Source: Escherichia phage UE-S1. Taken from it: a DNA stretch of 64,000 nucleotides. Within the stretch, counting starts at the first letter, position 1, and the number at the start of each line of letters is the position of its first letter. Below are positions 27,219 to 36,150 of this stretch, one piece after another. A model generated the notes under the pieces. It made no database searches, was not told the DNA's origin, and worked only from the letters and a program-made list of their open reading frames with translations. Where the stretch lies: sequence record ON568341.1; one strand, 5' to 3'. The translations under genes were made by a program, and so were the position numbers.

Positions 27219-27265
27219 GTTTTGCATAGGGGGAGCGGTTCCCCTGGTAACTAAGGAATAAGAAA

Positions 27266-27502
27266 ATGCTCGAACAAATCAAATCAACGTCTGCGAATGT
27301 AACGGGAACTGTATCACACTTTACTAGTGATGAATCGCGTGGTGTTCCTTATTGTGCTGTACATGTAAACACTGATGGCAACTACTGGTTTACGGTTTAC
27401 GGATCATATTCATTTGGTCGGCCAGGACATCAAAAAATCCTGGATAAAGTACAGCCAACGGGTAAAAATATCACTGCTGAAATGTTTTATAAAAAATCAT
27501 AA
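27266..27502 (+). CDS. hypothetical early protein (78 aa)
   Basis: ORF after leader hairpin GGGGGAGCGGTTCCCC; AAGGAA SD. Confidence 0.5.
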   Translation: MLEQIKSTSANVTGTVSHFTSDESRGVPYCAVHVNTDGNYWFTVYGSYSFGRPGHQKILDKVQPTGKNITAEMFYKKS

Positions 27503-27507
27503 AGTAC

Positions 27508-27535
27508 TTGATAATAGTTTTTAGTACTGTATAAT
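27508..27535 (+). promoter_or_regulatory. early sigma70-type promoter
   Basis: TTGATA, 16 nt spacer, TGTATAAT(27528-27535). Confidence 0.5.
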
Positions 27536-27586
27536 ATTTTACATCGCAAGGGGGAGCGGTTCCCCCTGGTAACTAAGGATAATAAA

Positions 27587-27886
27587 ATGAAAATTGCAAT
27601 CATCGCCCTGGCTTTATCTGTTTCCTCTTTCGCTGTTAATGCGTCATTAGATGTAAGTAGTGAAAAATTCATTCAGTGCACTGTTGCAATGACCGATGAA
27701 AGTACTGGCGAGATTGTATTAAAGGATTTAGAGATCCAGCCGGAAGCATTTAAAAACGGCCCGTTCCATGAAGAAGACGAAAACGGTAGCACATCAATTT
27801 ATTATGATGCCAGTACTAAACGCGGTTCGGTCACTGTAATGGATACTGAGAAAGTAACGCATACCGGCGTTATTAATTGCCGTTGA
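27587..27886 (+). CDS. small secreted/periplasmic protein (signal peptide)
   Basis: N-term MKIAIIALALSVSSFAVNA-S resembles Sec signal peptide with AxA cleavage site. Confidence 0.5.
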   Translation: MKIAIIALALSVSSFAVNASLDVSSEKFIQCTVAMTDESTGEIVLKDLEIQPEAFKNGPFHEEDENGSTSIYYDASTKRGSVTVMDTEKVTHTGVINCR

Positions 27887-27907
27887 TAGATACTACGGGG
27901 TAACATC

Positions 27908-28138
27908 ATGACTAAGCGAATTGTTTTACTTAACGAAAGCAGTACTACACAACTACTTAACGCCGTGCATTATGATATTGAAACGAGCGTTAATCTTATC
28001 AGTACTGTAGTACTGTTGGACACTGGAAAGGTCGCCAATGATAAAGCGATTGCAGGTATATTAACGGATCTTGAGCCTGGTAGCAGTGCACCAATAACGT
28101 TAAATGGTAAAGTGTTTAATATTTTACTCACTGATTAA
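27908..28138 (+). CDS. hypothetical early protein (76 aa)
   Basis: ORF with GGGG SD-like; followed by terminator. Confidence 0.45.
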   Translation: MTKRIVLLNESSTTQLLNAVHYDIETSVNLISTVVLLDTGKVANDKAIAGILTDLEPGSSAPITLNGKVFNILLTD

Positions 28139-28144
28139 GTACAT

Positions 28145-28166
28145 AGCCCACCTGGTGGGCTTTTTT
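28145..28166 (+). terminator. intrinsic terminator
   Basis: AGCCCACCTGGTGGGCT hairpin + TTTTTT. Confidence 0.6.
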
Positions 28167-28220
28167 GTTTTTGTAGTATCGTAGTACTGAGATACTTTGA
28201 AAATAGTTTTAAGAAAGTAG

Positions 28221-28248
28221 TTGACATTACCGCAGAAAAGCGTAGAAT
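28221..28248 (+). promoter_or_regulatory. early sigma70-type promoter
   Basis: TTGACA(28221-28226), 16 nt spacer, TAGAAT; followed by ~120 nt structured leader. Confidence 0.45.
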
Positions 28249-28371
28249 GTATTACATCAAGACGGGGAGCACTAAGTAGACCGCCAGTAAGTCGAACGAA
28301 AAACTGGACACGTCGAGAAAACTTTGATACACTAATAAACGTAAACTAAACTTTAATTGAGGATTTATAAA

Positions 28372-28854
28372 ATGGCTAATGTAAAATCATTTCTGAAAGC
28401 ACTGATTTCTAACGACACTGCTATTGCGGCTGAATTGCTGGCGGATCTGGATAGCGATACCATGAAAGCAGTACGCAACAATTTTAACATTGCGTACAGT
28501 GAAGCTAAAGAACTGCAAGCCAAAAAGATAGCAGAACTGGAAGAACAGAAAAAAGCCCGTGAAGAAGAACTACAAGCAACGATTGAAAGTATTCAGGCGG
28601 CGGTTGCAGGGTTGGATCTGGAAGTAGTTATTGAAATGGCACATAAAGCACTGGCAGTTAAGTACGGGGAAGATAAGCCAGTAACTAAACCTAAAAAATG
28701 GATTCAGGAACGCGTAACGGTTGTTCTTGATAATGGCGAGGAACATTTAATTCCCGTGCGTGGTAACTGCATTGCGGTAGTTCTGGATGCTATCAAAGAA
28801 AGCGGATTGACTCGCGAGGAATGGATCGAAGCTCACCGCAAAATTGAAGCATAA
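28372..28854 (+). CDS. hypothetical early protein (160 aa)
   Basis: ATG 28372 after TGAGGA SD; track ORF 28357 trimmed. Confidence 0.5.
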   Translation: MANVKSFLKALISNDTAIAAELLADLDSDTMKAVRNNFNIAYSEAKELQAKKIAELEEQKKAREEELQATIESIQAAVAGLDLEVVIEMAHKALAVKYGEDKPVTKPKKWIQERVTVVLDNGEEHLIPVRGNCIAVVLDAIKESGLTREEWIEAHRKIEA

Positions 28855-28875
28855 CAATTAAAGTACTGAATCACT

Positions 28876-28902
28876 AGCCCACTTCTTATAGTGGGCTTTT
28901 TT
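28876..28902 (+). terminator. intrinsic terminator
   Basis: AGCCCAC-ttcttata-GTGGGCT hairpin + TTTTTT. Confidence 0.6.
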
Positions 28903-29129
28903 GTGTTTATCGTTTACCAGTCCACTAGCACCGCCTAGAATCGATTCTAACGCATTAAACTGATTATCTGATGAATAGCCCTAGCTGGTGGCGTTAATGC
29001 CGTTAGAAAGCGATTGAGGACGTTTAAAGTATTTTGCAAAAAGTAATAAAAAGTACTTGCACGATTAAGAGATTAGAGTATAATTAATTACATCAAGACA
29101 AGACACCTTAACTAACTGAGGATATAAAG

Positions 29130-29282
29130 ATGAATACTTATGAACTGGATTGTTTCACTTTACAAGTAATGTCAGTATGCAGTAAAAAAGATTGGTCATC
29201 AAAGGAATTTAAAGCAGTTATTGCGTGTGCAAAACACGGCAAGACTATCAATGAAACGGCATCAATCATTGATAAACTTTAA
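29130..29282 (+). CDS. small early protein (50 aa)
   Basis: TGAGGA SD; preceded by TTGCAC..TATAAT promoter; under ORF-track cutoff. Confidence 0.4.
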   Translation: MNTYELDCFTLQVMSVCSKKDWSSKEFKAVIACAKHGKTINETASIIDKL

Positions 29283-29290
29283 AAAATAGT

Positions 29291-29319
29291 TTGACAATAG
29301 TTTTAAGTACTGCGATAAT
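29291..29319 (+). promoter_or_regulatory. early sigma70-type promoter
   Basis: TTGACA(29291-29296), 17 nt spacer, GATAAT. Confidence 0.45.
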
Positions 29320-29354
29320 ACATACATCAACTACTGAATAGGAATAAAAAAACA

Positions 29355-29582
29355 ATGGCTATCATCATTACTTACGTATCTGGTACTACTGGCACTGCTT
29401 CAACTGTTGCTGTAATTACTAATAAGAAAGGAGCGGAATTACATTTTGCAATGGATAATTGGGCCGTGAAGGAGTTCGGACCGTGGGCAAGTGTAGCATA
29501 CATTGAAACCTATCAAGTGCCATCGATTAGCTTAACTGATTTAGGTGTAGATCGAATCTTATGCCTGGATGAATTAATTTAA
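29355..29582 (+). CDS. hypothetical early protein (75 aa)
   Basis: ORF downstream of promoter; weak SD. Confidence 0.45.
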   Translation: MAIIITYVSGTTGTASTVAVITNKKGAELHFAMDNWAVKEFGPWASVAYIETYQVPSISLTDLGVDRILCLDELI

Positions 29583-29668
29583 AAAAGTACTTGCAAAGTA
29601 AATCGAATAAAGTATAATACATTACATCAAGGGGAGAAAATGGTTCTCCCCACTAAGAGGAAACTAAT

Positions 29669-29812
29669 ATGAAAACTTGTCAATGTGGTAAAAAATCTAT
29701 TACTGGTTTGAAACGGGGCGTTGCACTTTGCCAGTACCATTATAATTTACAAGTATGGGGTAAAGAATGGGCCGATCAAGTGGAAGCAATTAAGAAAGCA
29801 AAAAGTAAGTAA
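29669..29812 (+). CDS. small Cys-containing early protein (47 aa)
   Basis: AGAGGAAA SD after leader hairpin GGGGAGAAAATGGTTCTCCCC; CxC..C pattern. Confidence 0.4.
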   Translation: MKTCQCGKKSITGLKRGVALCQYHYNLQVWGKEWADQVEAIKKAKSK

Positions 29813-29893
29813 AAATATTATCACAGTACTATTGACATAGATTGATAGTACTGGCATAATAGATTTTATCAAGACAACTAAGAGGAAATTAAA

Positions 29894-30238
29894 ATGGCTA
29901 ACATCAATACTATAGCAGCACAAAATATTAACCTGTCTTCTGTTGAAGTTGTACACATTGCCGCCCGGCGTTGGTTCCAGGCGTCTTATGGTAATACTTA
30001 TTTCTCTTTAACGGTAGATGTTGAAATCAATGGCGAATTTATTGAAGTAGTAAACGTGCCGTTCCAATATGGCTACGGGGATCATTTTGACACTGTAGCA
30101 ATGGAAGAATTTAGCAAGGTTATTAATATGGAAGGTAAAGAGTTTTTACGCGGTTCTTATCTTTCCCGTTTTTGCCGTGATAATAATATTACTGTTTATA
30201 GTTCTGTTAGTGATGTTAAACGCAAAAAAGATCTTTAA
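29894..30238 (+). CDS. hypothetical early protein (114 aa)
   Basis: AGAGGAAA SD; paralog of 35732..36055 (shared ..YGYG.. and C-terminal DVKRKKD). Confidence 0.55.
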   Translation: MANINTIAAQNINLSSVEVVHIAARRWFQASYGNTYFSLTVDVEINGEFIEVVNVPFQYGYGDHFDTVAMEEFSKVINMEGKEFLRGSYLSRFCRDNNITVYSSVSDVKRKKDL

Positions 30239-30318
30239 TTAGCTTTACTTTATGCAGATACTTTGATATAGTGTCTGCATAGGGGAAAGAAATTAAATCA
30301 ACTTAAGAGGATAGTAAA

Positions 30319-30588
30319 ATGAAAAATATCAGTACTTTAATCGATGCAGGCACACATGTTCGTCGGTCTATGGTTGCAACCAGTTCTACAAAACAAGTAG
30401 CGAGCGGTTATCTTGTATTTGTGCACGATGGAAAACTCCTGGAACGTTCAATCAATTTTGATGTTAAAAACAATTGCCGTTTTATTATCTTTAAGCGTGA
30501 GCAATATAAAATTGATTTACCAGCAAAGCCCATTAGTGGGGCGTACAACGTGCAATCATTGTTTGAGCGTCAACCATACACCTATTAA
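30319..30588 (+). CDS. hypothetical early protein (89 aa)
   Basis: AAGAGGA SD. Confidence 0.5.
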   Translation: MKNISTLIDAGTHVRRSMVATSSTKQVASGYLVFVHDGKLLERSINFDVKNNCRFIIFKREQYKIDLPAKPISGAYNVQSLFERQPYTY

Positions 30589-30639
30589 TCAAAACAACGT
30601 TAGCGGTCGATTTAGGCCGCTTATACTGGGGATTATATA

Positions 30640-30810
30640 ATGAATACTAATCAAGTACTGAACGAGATTGAAAGCATCATTAAACCGATGAAGCGTACTG
30701 ATGCAATGTTAACACCGGAAGAATGCCGCTTATATGAGCGTTACAGCGTCGAACAAGTCCAGGCAATGGCCCGTATCCGTCCGGTTGCCAGTACTGATAA
30801 GGCGGCGTAA
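30640..30810 (+). CDS. small early protein (56 aa)
   Basis: GGGG SD-like; TAATATG coupling to next gene. Confidence 0.4.
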   Translation: MNTNQVLNEIESIIKPMKRTDAMLTPEECRLYERYSVEQVQAMARIRPVASTDKAA

Positions 30811-30811
30811 T

Positions 30812-31021
30812 ATGCTTACTGTACAGGATAAGATCGACATCTTAAAGGTTAATATGTATGTGATTGATGCCGTACCTGGTAAAGTATTTGCATACGATGA
30901 CACCACTGTAAGCAATTTCTACTATAGCCAGGACGTGGGGGATCTTTCTGTACAGTCGGTTATTGAAAATGTAGTTAATGCAGCGTATGAGCATTTACTT
31001 TCAAATAGTACTTGCAATTAG
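30812..31021 (+). CDS. hypothetical early protein (69 aa)
   Basis: ATG 30812 immediately after upstream stop; track ORF 30734 trimmed. Confidence 0.45.
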   Translation: MLTVQDKIDILKVNMYVIDAVPGKVFAYDDTTVSNFYYSQDVGDLSVQSVIENVVNAAYEHLLSNSTCN

Positions 31022-31090
31022 TTTTCAGTACTGTATAATGTTTTACATGAAGGGGAGAAATAGTACTCCCCACTAATTAAGGAATATGAA

Positions 31091-31237
31091 ATGAAAGCAT
31101 CAAAAAAGAGTAATACTAAGAAAGCATGTTCACCTTTCGCTGGGGTATTCCCTTTACGTTTCGTTGATGAAGTGGTTTCCTACCCGCCGGGCCTTACTCC
31201 TGAGATGGTAGAAAGTTTGCGTAAATCTAAAAAATAA
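31091..31237 (+). CDS. small early protein (48 aa)
   Basis: AAGGAA SD after promoter TTGCAA..TGTATAAT and leader hairpin. Confidence 0.4.
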   Translation: MKASKKSNTKKACSPFAGVFPLRFVDEVVSYPPGLTPEMVESLRKSKK

Positions 31238-31318
31238 TACTTGCAATTAGTTTTTAGTACTGTATAATGTTTTACATGAAGGGGAGAAATGATTCTCCCC
31301 AAGAACAGGAGAAACAAA

Positions 31319-31471
31319 ATGAAACAATACAACGCTCGGTTTGATGTTACTATCGGCAACGGCAAAGGTCAATTCTCTTTCAGTACTCGTAAGAGTTATA
31401 CAGAAAACTTCTTGCGTAATTGTGCACTGACCGCCGCACAAATTAAACATTATTTTCAGGCTAAAAAATGA
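31319..31471 (+). CDS. small early protein (50 aa)
   Basis: ATG 31319 after CAGGAGAAA SD and leader hairpin GGGGAGAAATGATTCTCCCC. Confidence 0.45.
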   Translation: MKQYNARFDVTIGNGKGQFSFSTRKSYTENFLRNCALTAAQIKHYFQAKK

Positions 31472-31706
31472 AATCATTAGCTTATTATAGTTCGGCCCTG
31501 GTCGGTGCATTGATCGCGGCATTGTTAGTAGCTTATCTATTCTTTATGGTGATTTAAATGAATCCTAACGGTATAATTTACAGTACTCCTAAAACGAAAG
31601 CAGATAAAGCTAAAGCACGTAAAGCGAAAGTAAAGGAATACATCAAGCAAGGCATGACACGAAAGGCGGCGATTCTAAAAGCTAAAAATAAATGAAAAAA
31701 GTGGTT

Positions 31707-31744
31707 GACTTCGGTCAGCCATTTTGCTATTATATAATCATTGA
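31707..31744 (+). terminator. terminator hairpin with embedded promoter (composite element)
   Basis: GTGGTTGACTTCGGTCAGCCA + TTTTGCTATTATATAATC; TTGACT inside stem. Confidence 0.5.
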
Positions 31745-31837
31745 GAGATAGCTCACTAGCCCACGGGGTGCGGGAGTGTATCTATTATATAAGCATTGAG
31801 TACTGAAAACTATTTTAAAAGTATTTGCAGAAAGTAC

Positions 31838-31865
31838 TTGCAAACTATCTCAATTGGCGTATAAT
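31838..31865 (+). promoter_or_regulatory. early sigma70-type promoter
   Basis: TTGCAA(31838-31843), 16 nt spacer, TATAAT(31860-31865). Confidence 0.55.
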
Positions 31866-31916
31866 GTTTTACATCGCAAGGGGAAACGGTTTCCCCTAGT
31901 AATAAGGAATAAAATC

Positions 31917-32258
31917 ATGACTATTGCAATTGTACAATCTAACTTTGAAAATGAAATCATCGCCCAAGCACTGCGTTTAAATGATGGTCGGGCCGAAATT
32001 AATTACGGTTTCAATTCAGGCGGTTGTGAAAAATATCAGTACTTTATAACTGCTGATGGCGGTGTCCTGGGTATTAATACAGTTATTGTAAACATTCAGA
32101 AAATTAATTTCAATGATCCAGACGATAGCCAGTTTTACATTATAGGCGTAGACGTGAACTATGAGGATGACTCACTAACTGATGATTACACTGGCGAGAA
32201 GTTAGAAAGTGCATACGGTGAAGATGATTATCAGTCAGTACCAGAAGATTTCGAATAA
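31917..32258 (+). CDS. hypothetical early acidic protein (113 aa)
   Basis: ATG 31917 after TAAGGAAT SD and leader hairpin GGGGAAACGGTTTCCCC. Confidence 0.55.
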   Translation: MTIAIVQSNFENEIIAQALRLNDGRAEINYGFNSGGCEKYQYFITADGGVLGINTVIVNIQKINFNDPDDSQFYIIGVDVNYEDDSLTDDYTGEKLESAYGEDDYQSVPEDFE

Positions 32259-32358
32259 TATTAAAAAATAGTTTGACAATAGATTATAGTACTGTATAAT
32301 AGTTTACATCAAGAAACGGGAAGTAACAGTACTTCCCTACTAACAGAGAGAAAACAAA

Positions 32359-32571
32359 ATGGCTGATATCCGCACTTTACTGAAAAATGCAAAACGAGTT
32401 TTATTTTCTGATCACGAACATTTAAACAAGGATATTACTGGCGTTCGGAATATCAAAGATGTAAAACGTGTTATGGGTATCTATTGCAATATGAAACGTG
32501 TTGGCACGTTCGGTAATAAATTTCTATACCAGGCGGGGGATTACAATTTTACACTGACTATCATTAACTAA
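32359..32571 (+). CDS. hypothetical early protein (70 aa)
   Basis: AGAGAGAAA SD after hairpin; promoter TTGACA..TGTATAAT upstream. Confidence 0.5.
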   Translation: MADIRTLLKNAKRVLFSDHEHLNKDITGVRNIKDVKRVMGIYCNMKRVGTFGNKFLYQAGDYNFTLTIIN

Positions 32572-32653
32572 AAATATTATCACAGTACTATTGACATAGT
32601 TTGATAGTACTGGCATAATAGATTTTATCAACTACACTACTAAGGAATTAAAA

Positions 32654-32833
32654 ATGGCTATCATCGCAAAAACTGAAATCATCGGCCTGGATTCTATCAT
32701 CATGACGTTTGAAGATCAAAAAGGTATGTATGTAGTTTCCTATGGTGATTATGTTCGGGAGTATGAAACAGTAGACGAAGCCTTTGAAAGTTACATTCGC
32801 CAGGTGAATAAAGCATACGACGATTACCGCTAA
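32654..32833 (+). CDS. small early protein (59 aa)
   Basis: TAAGGAAT SD; promoter TTGACA..GGCATAAT upstream. Confidence 0.45.
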   Translation: MAIIAKTEIIGLDSIIMTFEDQKGMYVVSYGDYVREYETVDEAFESYIRQVNKAYDDYR

Positions 32834-32946
32834 AATATATTACCAGTACTATTAAAGATATTGACAACGTTTGATAGTACTGGCATAATAAGTTTTATAA
32901 ACAGTAGTCAAATAGTAGTTAACTTAACAAAAGAGAGAGAAACAAA

Positions 32947-33090
32947 ATGATCGCACTGGATTCATTCATCGATGCAGTTCTGGCAAAAACTGGCGAGGAT
33001 CTGACCGCAGAACAATACGCAATGATCGAGCAATGCCAGCAAGACGGTAAATCGGTGAAAGATACTGTTAAGATTATCCGCAAGATGTAA
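32947..33090 (+). CDS. small early protein (47 aa)
   Basis: AGAGAGAGAAA SD-like; followed by hairpin AGCCCAT..GGTGGGCT. Confidence 0.4.
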   Translation: MIALDSFIDAVLAKTGEDLTAEQYAMIEQCQQDGKSVKDTVKIIRKM

Positions 33091-33196
33091 GATTATAAGC
33101 CCATTAGTTAACGCTGGTGGGCTTTAATCATTTACCCTATACAATGCCAGTACTAAACCGTTTATCTCATTAGAATGCATTACAGGACGTTTAACA

Positions 33197-33394
33197 ATGA
33201 TTAGCATGAAATCAGTACAAAAACAAATAGAAACATTATCAAAAATTAAACGTAAACAGTACTCATTAGAATATAATATCAATGGTAACTATCATCTAAT
33301 GAAAGAGAATAATTTTATCGTCATTGATGAATCATTGCAAATTATTAGTATAGTACTGAAAGCATTAATTAATGATAGAAAAAGGTTAAAATAA
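33197..33394 (+). CDS. hypothetical protein (65 aa)
   Basis: ORF; TAATG coupling to zinc-finger gene. Confidence 0.45.
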   Translation: MISMKSVQKQIETLSKIKRKQYSLEYNINGNYHLMKENNFIVIDESLQIISIVLKALINDRKRLK

Positions 33395-33651
33395 TGGCAG
33401 TAGGATTCGCGAAAGATGGAGCCGAGCAAGATGAGATTAACGCAGTTATTCAAGCCGCCGTTAACCACGCTAGAAAGCAAATTAACGCACAAATAGAATC
33501 ACTGATACATTGCCTCGACTGCGGCGATAAAATCCCTGAGAATCGCCGACAGGCTGTTAAGGGATGTAAGTACTGCATTAATTGCCAAGTGGATCATGAT
33601 AGTACTTTTAAAAGAGATCCGCGTAATTGTTGGCATAGATCTATGAGATAA
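33394..33651 (+). CDS. C4 zinc-finger protein (DksA/TraR-like)
   Basis: C-x2-C (HCLDCGD) ... C-x2-C (KYCINC) spacing typical of DksA/TraR-type zinc fingers. Confidence 0.55.
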   Translation: MAVGFAKDGAEQDEINAVIQAAVNHARKQINAQIESLIHCLDCGDKIPENRRQAVKGCKYCINCQVDHDSTFKRDPRNCWHRSMR

Positions 33652-33715
33652 AAAGTAATTGACAGTACTGAAAGATAGTGTATAATGTTTTATATCTTAA
33701 CTGAGGATAGAAATC

Positions 33716-34072
33716 ATGGGAATACAACATATCACGCGGACCACTGACAATGGCGAGATCACTGGTTATCAAGTACAGGGCAAAGTAGCACAATTGCAGT
33801 ACTGGTTTGTTAAACGTGGAATCATTGCACCGGATCTTGATTATGACCGTGTAGCGTTTATTGATTCTCTTTATGTTGATCCTGATAGTCGGGGCAATGG
33901 TGAAGGTAACGAATTAATGAATGCCTTTATCGATGCCGCCGATGATTCAGATTGTATCATCTTAGAATGCGATACGGGAGAAGATAACGCCTTTAATCTT
34001 AAAGAATGGTACGAAGGATTCGGATTCGAGGTACTGATCGATAGTGAATATCCTATCATGATTTTATCATAG
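33716..34072 (+). CDS. GNAT-family acetyltransferase-like protein
   Basis: LYVDPDSRGNGEGNELMNAF resembles GNAT motif A (R/Q-x-x-G-x-G/A); promoter TTGACA..TGTATAAT upstream. Confidence 0.5.
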   Translation: MGIQHITRTTDNGEITGYQVQGKVAQLQYWFVKRGIIAPDLDYDRVAFIDSLYVDPDSRGNGEGNELMNAFIDAADDSDCIILECDTGEDNAFNLKEWYEGFGFEVLIDSEYPIMILS

Positions 34073-34150
34073 TACTTGCATTTAGTTTTCAGTACTGTTA
34101 TAGTACTTGCATCAAGGGGAAACATCTTCCCCTACTAAGAGGAAATAAAA

Positions 34151-34339
34151 ATGGAAAACTTATCAAGTATTTTAGTACAAGATGATTTCGGTAATCCTGG
34201 AAGTGCTATCATTGTTCGGGGCAATAAAGCAACGTTTGTTATTGCTGGTGGACCCGTACAGCGTAGCATTAAAAATAATGCTGTTACCATTAATAATGTA
34301 CGCTATCGCTTAGATAAAGAATTAATTCATAAACTGTAA
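34151..34339 (+). CDS. hypothetical early protein (62 aa)
   Basis: AAGAGGAAA SD after leader hairpin. Confidence 0.5.
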   Translation: MENLSSILVQDDFGNPGSAIIVRGNKATFVIAGGPVQRSIKNNAVTINNVRYRLDKELIHKL

Positions 34340-34424
34340 AAAAGTACTGGACAATAGATTATAGTACTGTATAATAGTTTACATGAAGGGGAGAAATGAT
34401 TCTCCCCACTAAGAGGAAAGAAAA

Positions 34425-34637
34425 ATGCAAGGTCAACTAATCGTTCGTAAATGGTCTGATACTAACGAAAAACCGTGGGATGTACAATACATCGCCCCAA
34501 ATGGTGAATCCAGATATCAACCAGGTGTAACGCATAGTACTGAGCAATTCGCCGCCGCTCATCGCGAACGTCTGTTACAATCAATGCAGCACGGTTCCGG
34601 TGAAAAATTCATTCAGGATCATTGGCTGAAAGATTAA
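34425..34637 (+). CDS. hypothetical early protein (70 aa)
   Basis: AAGAGGAAA SD after hairpin GGGGAGAAATGATTCTCCCC. Confidence 0.5.
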   Translation: MQGQLIVRKWSDTNEKPWDVQYIAPNGESRYQPGVTHSTEQFAAAHRERLLQSMQHGSGEKFIQDHWLKD

Positions 34638-34723
34638 AAAGTACTTGCACAGTACTGAATAAAGTGTATAATGTTTTATATCGGAAGGGGAATAGTTCCC
34701 CTCCTAACAAAGAGGAAAGTATA

Positions 34724-34897
34724 ATGGTCCAGGTAGAATTAACAGTACTGAAAGATCTGTTTTATCGGATTGGTACTACTGGCGAATATCCGAAGGGTGA
34801 TAATGCAAAACTTTACGTATCACTCGACTTATGGCAACGCGAACAATTAGCAACGGCCTGGCGTAAAGGCAAAGCAGATAGCGAGGTGAAAGCATGA
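34724..34897 (+). CDS. hypothetical early protein (57 aa)
   Basis: ATG 34724 after AGAGGAAA SD; track ORF 34622 trimmed. Confidence 0.45.
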   Translation: MVQVELTVLKDLFYRIGTTGEYPKGDNAKLYVSLDLWQREQLATAWRKGKADSEVKA

Positions 34898-35057
34898 AAG
34901 AATTCTTATTTGAAGTAGTGTTTCAAGGTGTCGGTAATAACCAACTGATTCGAACAAGTGGTTATAATGTTAACCAGGCATGGAATAACATTAAACAAAT
35001 GTACCCGAACGCTATCACATATCGCAACCCGAAAGAAGTTTAAAAATAATTGAAAAA

Positions 35058-35095
35058 GGGATTGACTCCGGTCAGTCCCTTTGCTATTATATACG
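35058..35095 (+). terminator. terminator hairpin with embedded promoter (composite element)
   Basis: AAAAAGGGATTGACTCCGGTCAGTCCCTTTGCTATTATATA. Confidence 0.55.
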
Positions 35096-35191
35096 CATAG
35101 AAACAAATTAGCCCACCGGGTGCATAAATGTATCTATTGTTTGCTGGTGGCTAGTACTATCAAGTACTGAAAACTATTTTTAAAAAAGTAC

Positions 35192-35219
35192 TTGCAAAGT
35201 ATCACGATAAGCGTATAAT
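35192..35219 (+). promoter_or_regulatory. early promoter (upstream of tandem pair)
   Basis: TTGCAA(35192-35197), 16 nt spacer, TATAAT(35214-35219). Confidence 0.55.
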
Positions 35220-35313
35220 GTTTTACATCAGGACGGGGAACGAAATAAGTAACCCCGTTAAGTAGTCCAGGAGTAAGACATACGAAAAACTCCCCTGATA
35301 AAATAGTTTGACA
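35214..35313. repeat. 100-bp exact repeat (copy 2)
   Basis: Appears identical by eye to 25301..25400. Confidence 0.7.
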
Positions 35314-35335
35314 ATAGAAAGTAAACGAGTATAAT
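35308..35335 (+). promoter_or_regulatory. early promoter (downstream of tandem pair)
   Basis: TTGACA(35308-35313), 16 nt spacer, TATAAT(35330-35335). Confidence 0.5.
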
Positions 35336-35368
35336 ACTTACATCAACCACTGATAAGGAAACATTAAA

Positions 35369-35644
35369 ATGCGGACTTTACTTACAGCTAACGAAATCGA
35401 GCAAGTACTGACTACTAATCTGGAACAATGGAAACGTGAAGCAGATATCCAGGCGGTTCAATGCCTTAACGATAAGTTAACGCCAGATGACTTAAGCACG
35501 ATTGTTGATCCACAATTTTATGAAGATATTCACGACACGTCTTTAAGCGTCGAGGATGTACTTGATAAGCACTACATTGATACTGATTTACATGTTTACG
35601 GTCGTAAAAACTTTATCACTATTCACGACATTTACAATACTTAA
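35369..35644 (+). CDS. hypothetical early protein (91 aa)
   Basis: ORF after dual promoters; AAGGAAA SD. Confidence 0.55.
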   Translation: MRTLLTANEIEQVLTTNLEQWKREADIQAVQCLNDKLTPDDLSTIVDPQFYEDIHDTSLSVEDVLDKHYIDTDLHVYGRKNFITIHDIYNT

Positions 35645-35731
35645 GTATTGACAAAGTATCTTAGTACTGTATAATAGTTTACATCAAGCGAGGGGAATGG
35701 TTCCCCTCCTAACAAAGAGAGAGAAATAAAA

Positions 35732-36055
35732 ATGGCTATGATCCTTACCCAGAAAGTAGAACTGAAAATTGTAACCTCCTTTGACATTAAAGTTAATCGG
35801 TGGACTGATAGCCACGGCAATACTTACCACTCCTGCTACGTGTCCGCATTGATTGGTGATCGCTGGGAAGACCTGGGACACGAAACCTTTACATACGGTT
35901 ACGGCACACAAGGCGAGTACACGGGTTTAGAAATCATTAAGGAAACTGTAATAGGTTTCAACCCGAAAGAGAAAGTACTACACAGAATTGAGAAAGAGAT
36001 CAACAAAGAAATTACAGTTCGCTACTACGATGTAAAACGTAAGAAAGACATGTAA
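35732..36055 (+). CDS. hypothetical early protein (107 aa)
   Basis: AGAGAGAGAAA SD after hairpin; paralog of 29894..30238. Confidence 0.55.
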   Translation: MAMILTQKVELKIVTSFDIKVNRWTDSHGNTYHSCYVSALIGDRWEDLGHETFTYGYGTQGEYTGLEIIKETVIGFNPKEKVLHRIEKEINKEITVRYYDVKRKKDM

Positions 36056-36150
36056 TAGAATCCATTTAAAGTACTATTTGACATTGCCCAGATAGTACTT
36101 TATAATAGACTCTAACTTGTAGTACTAACTCAACTAATAGGATGTATACC

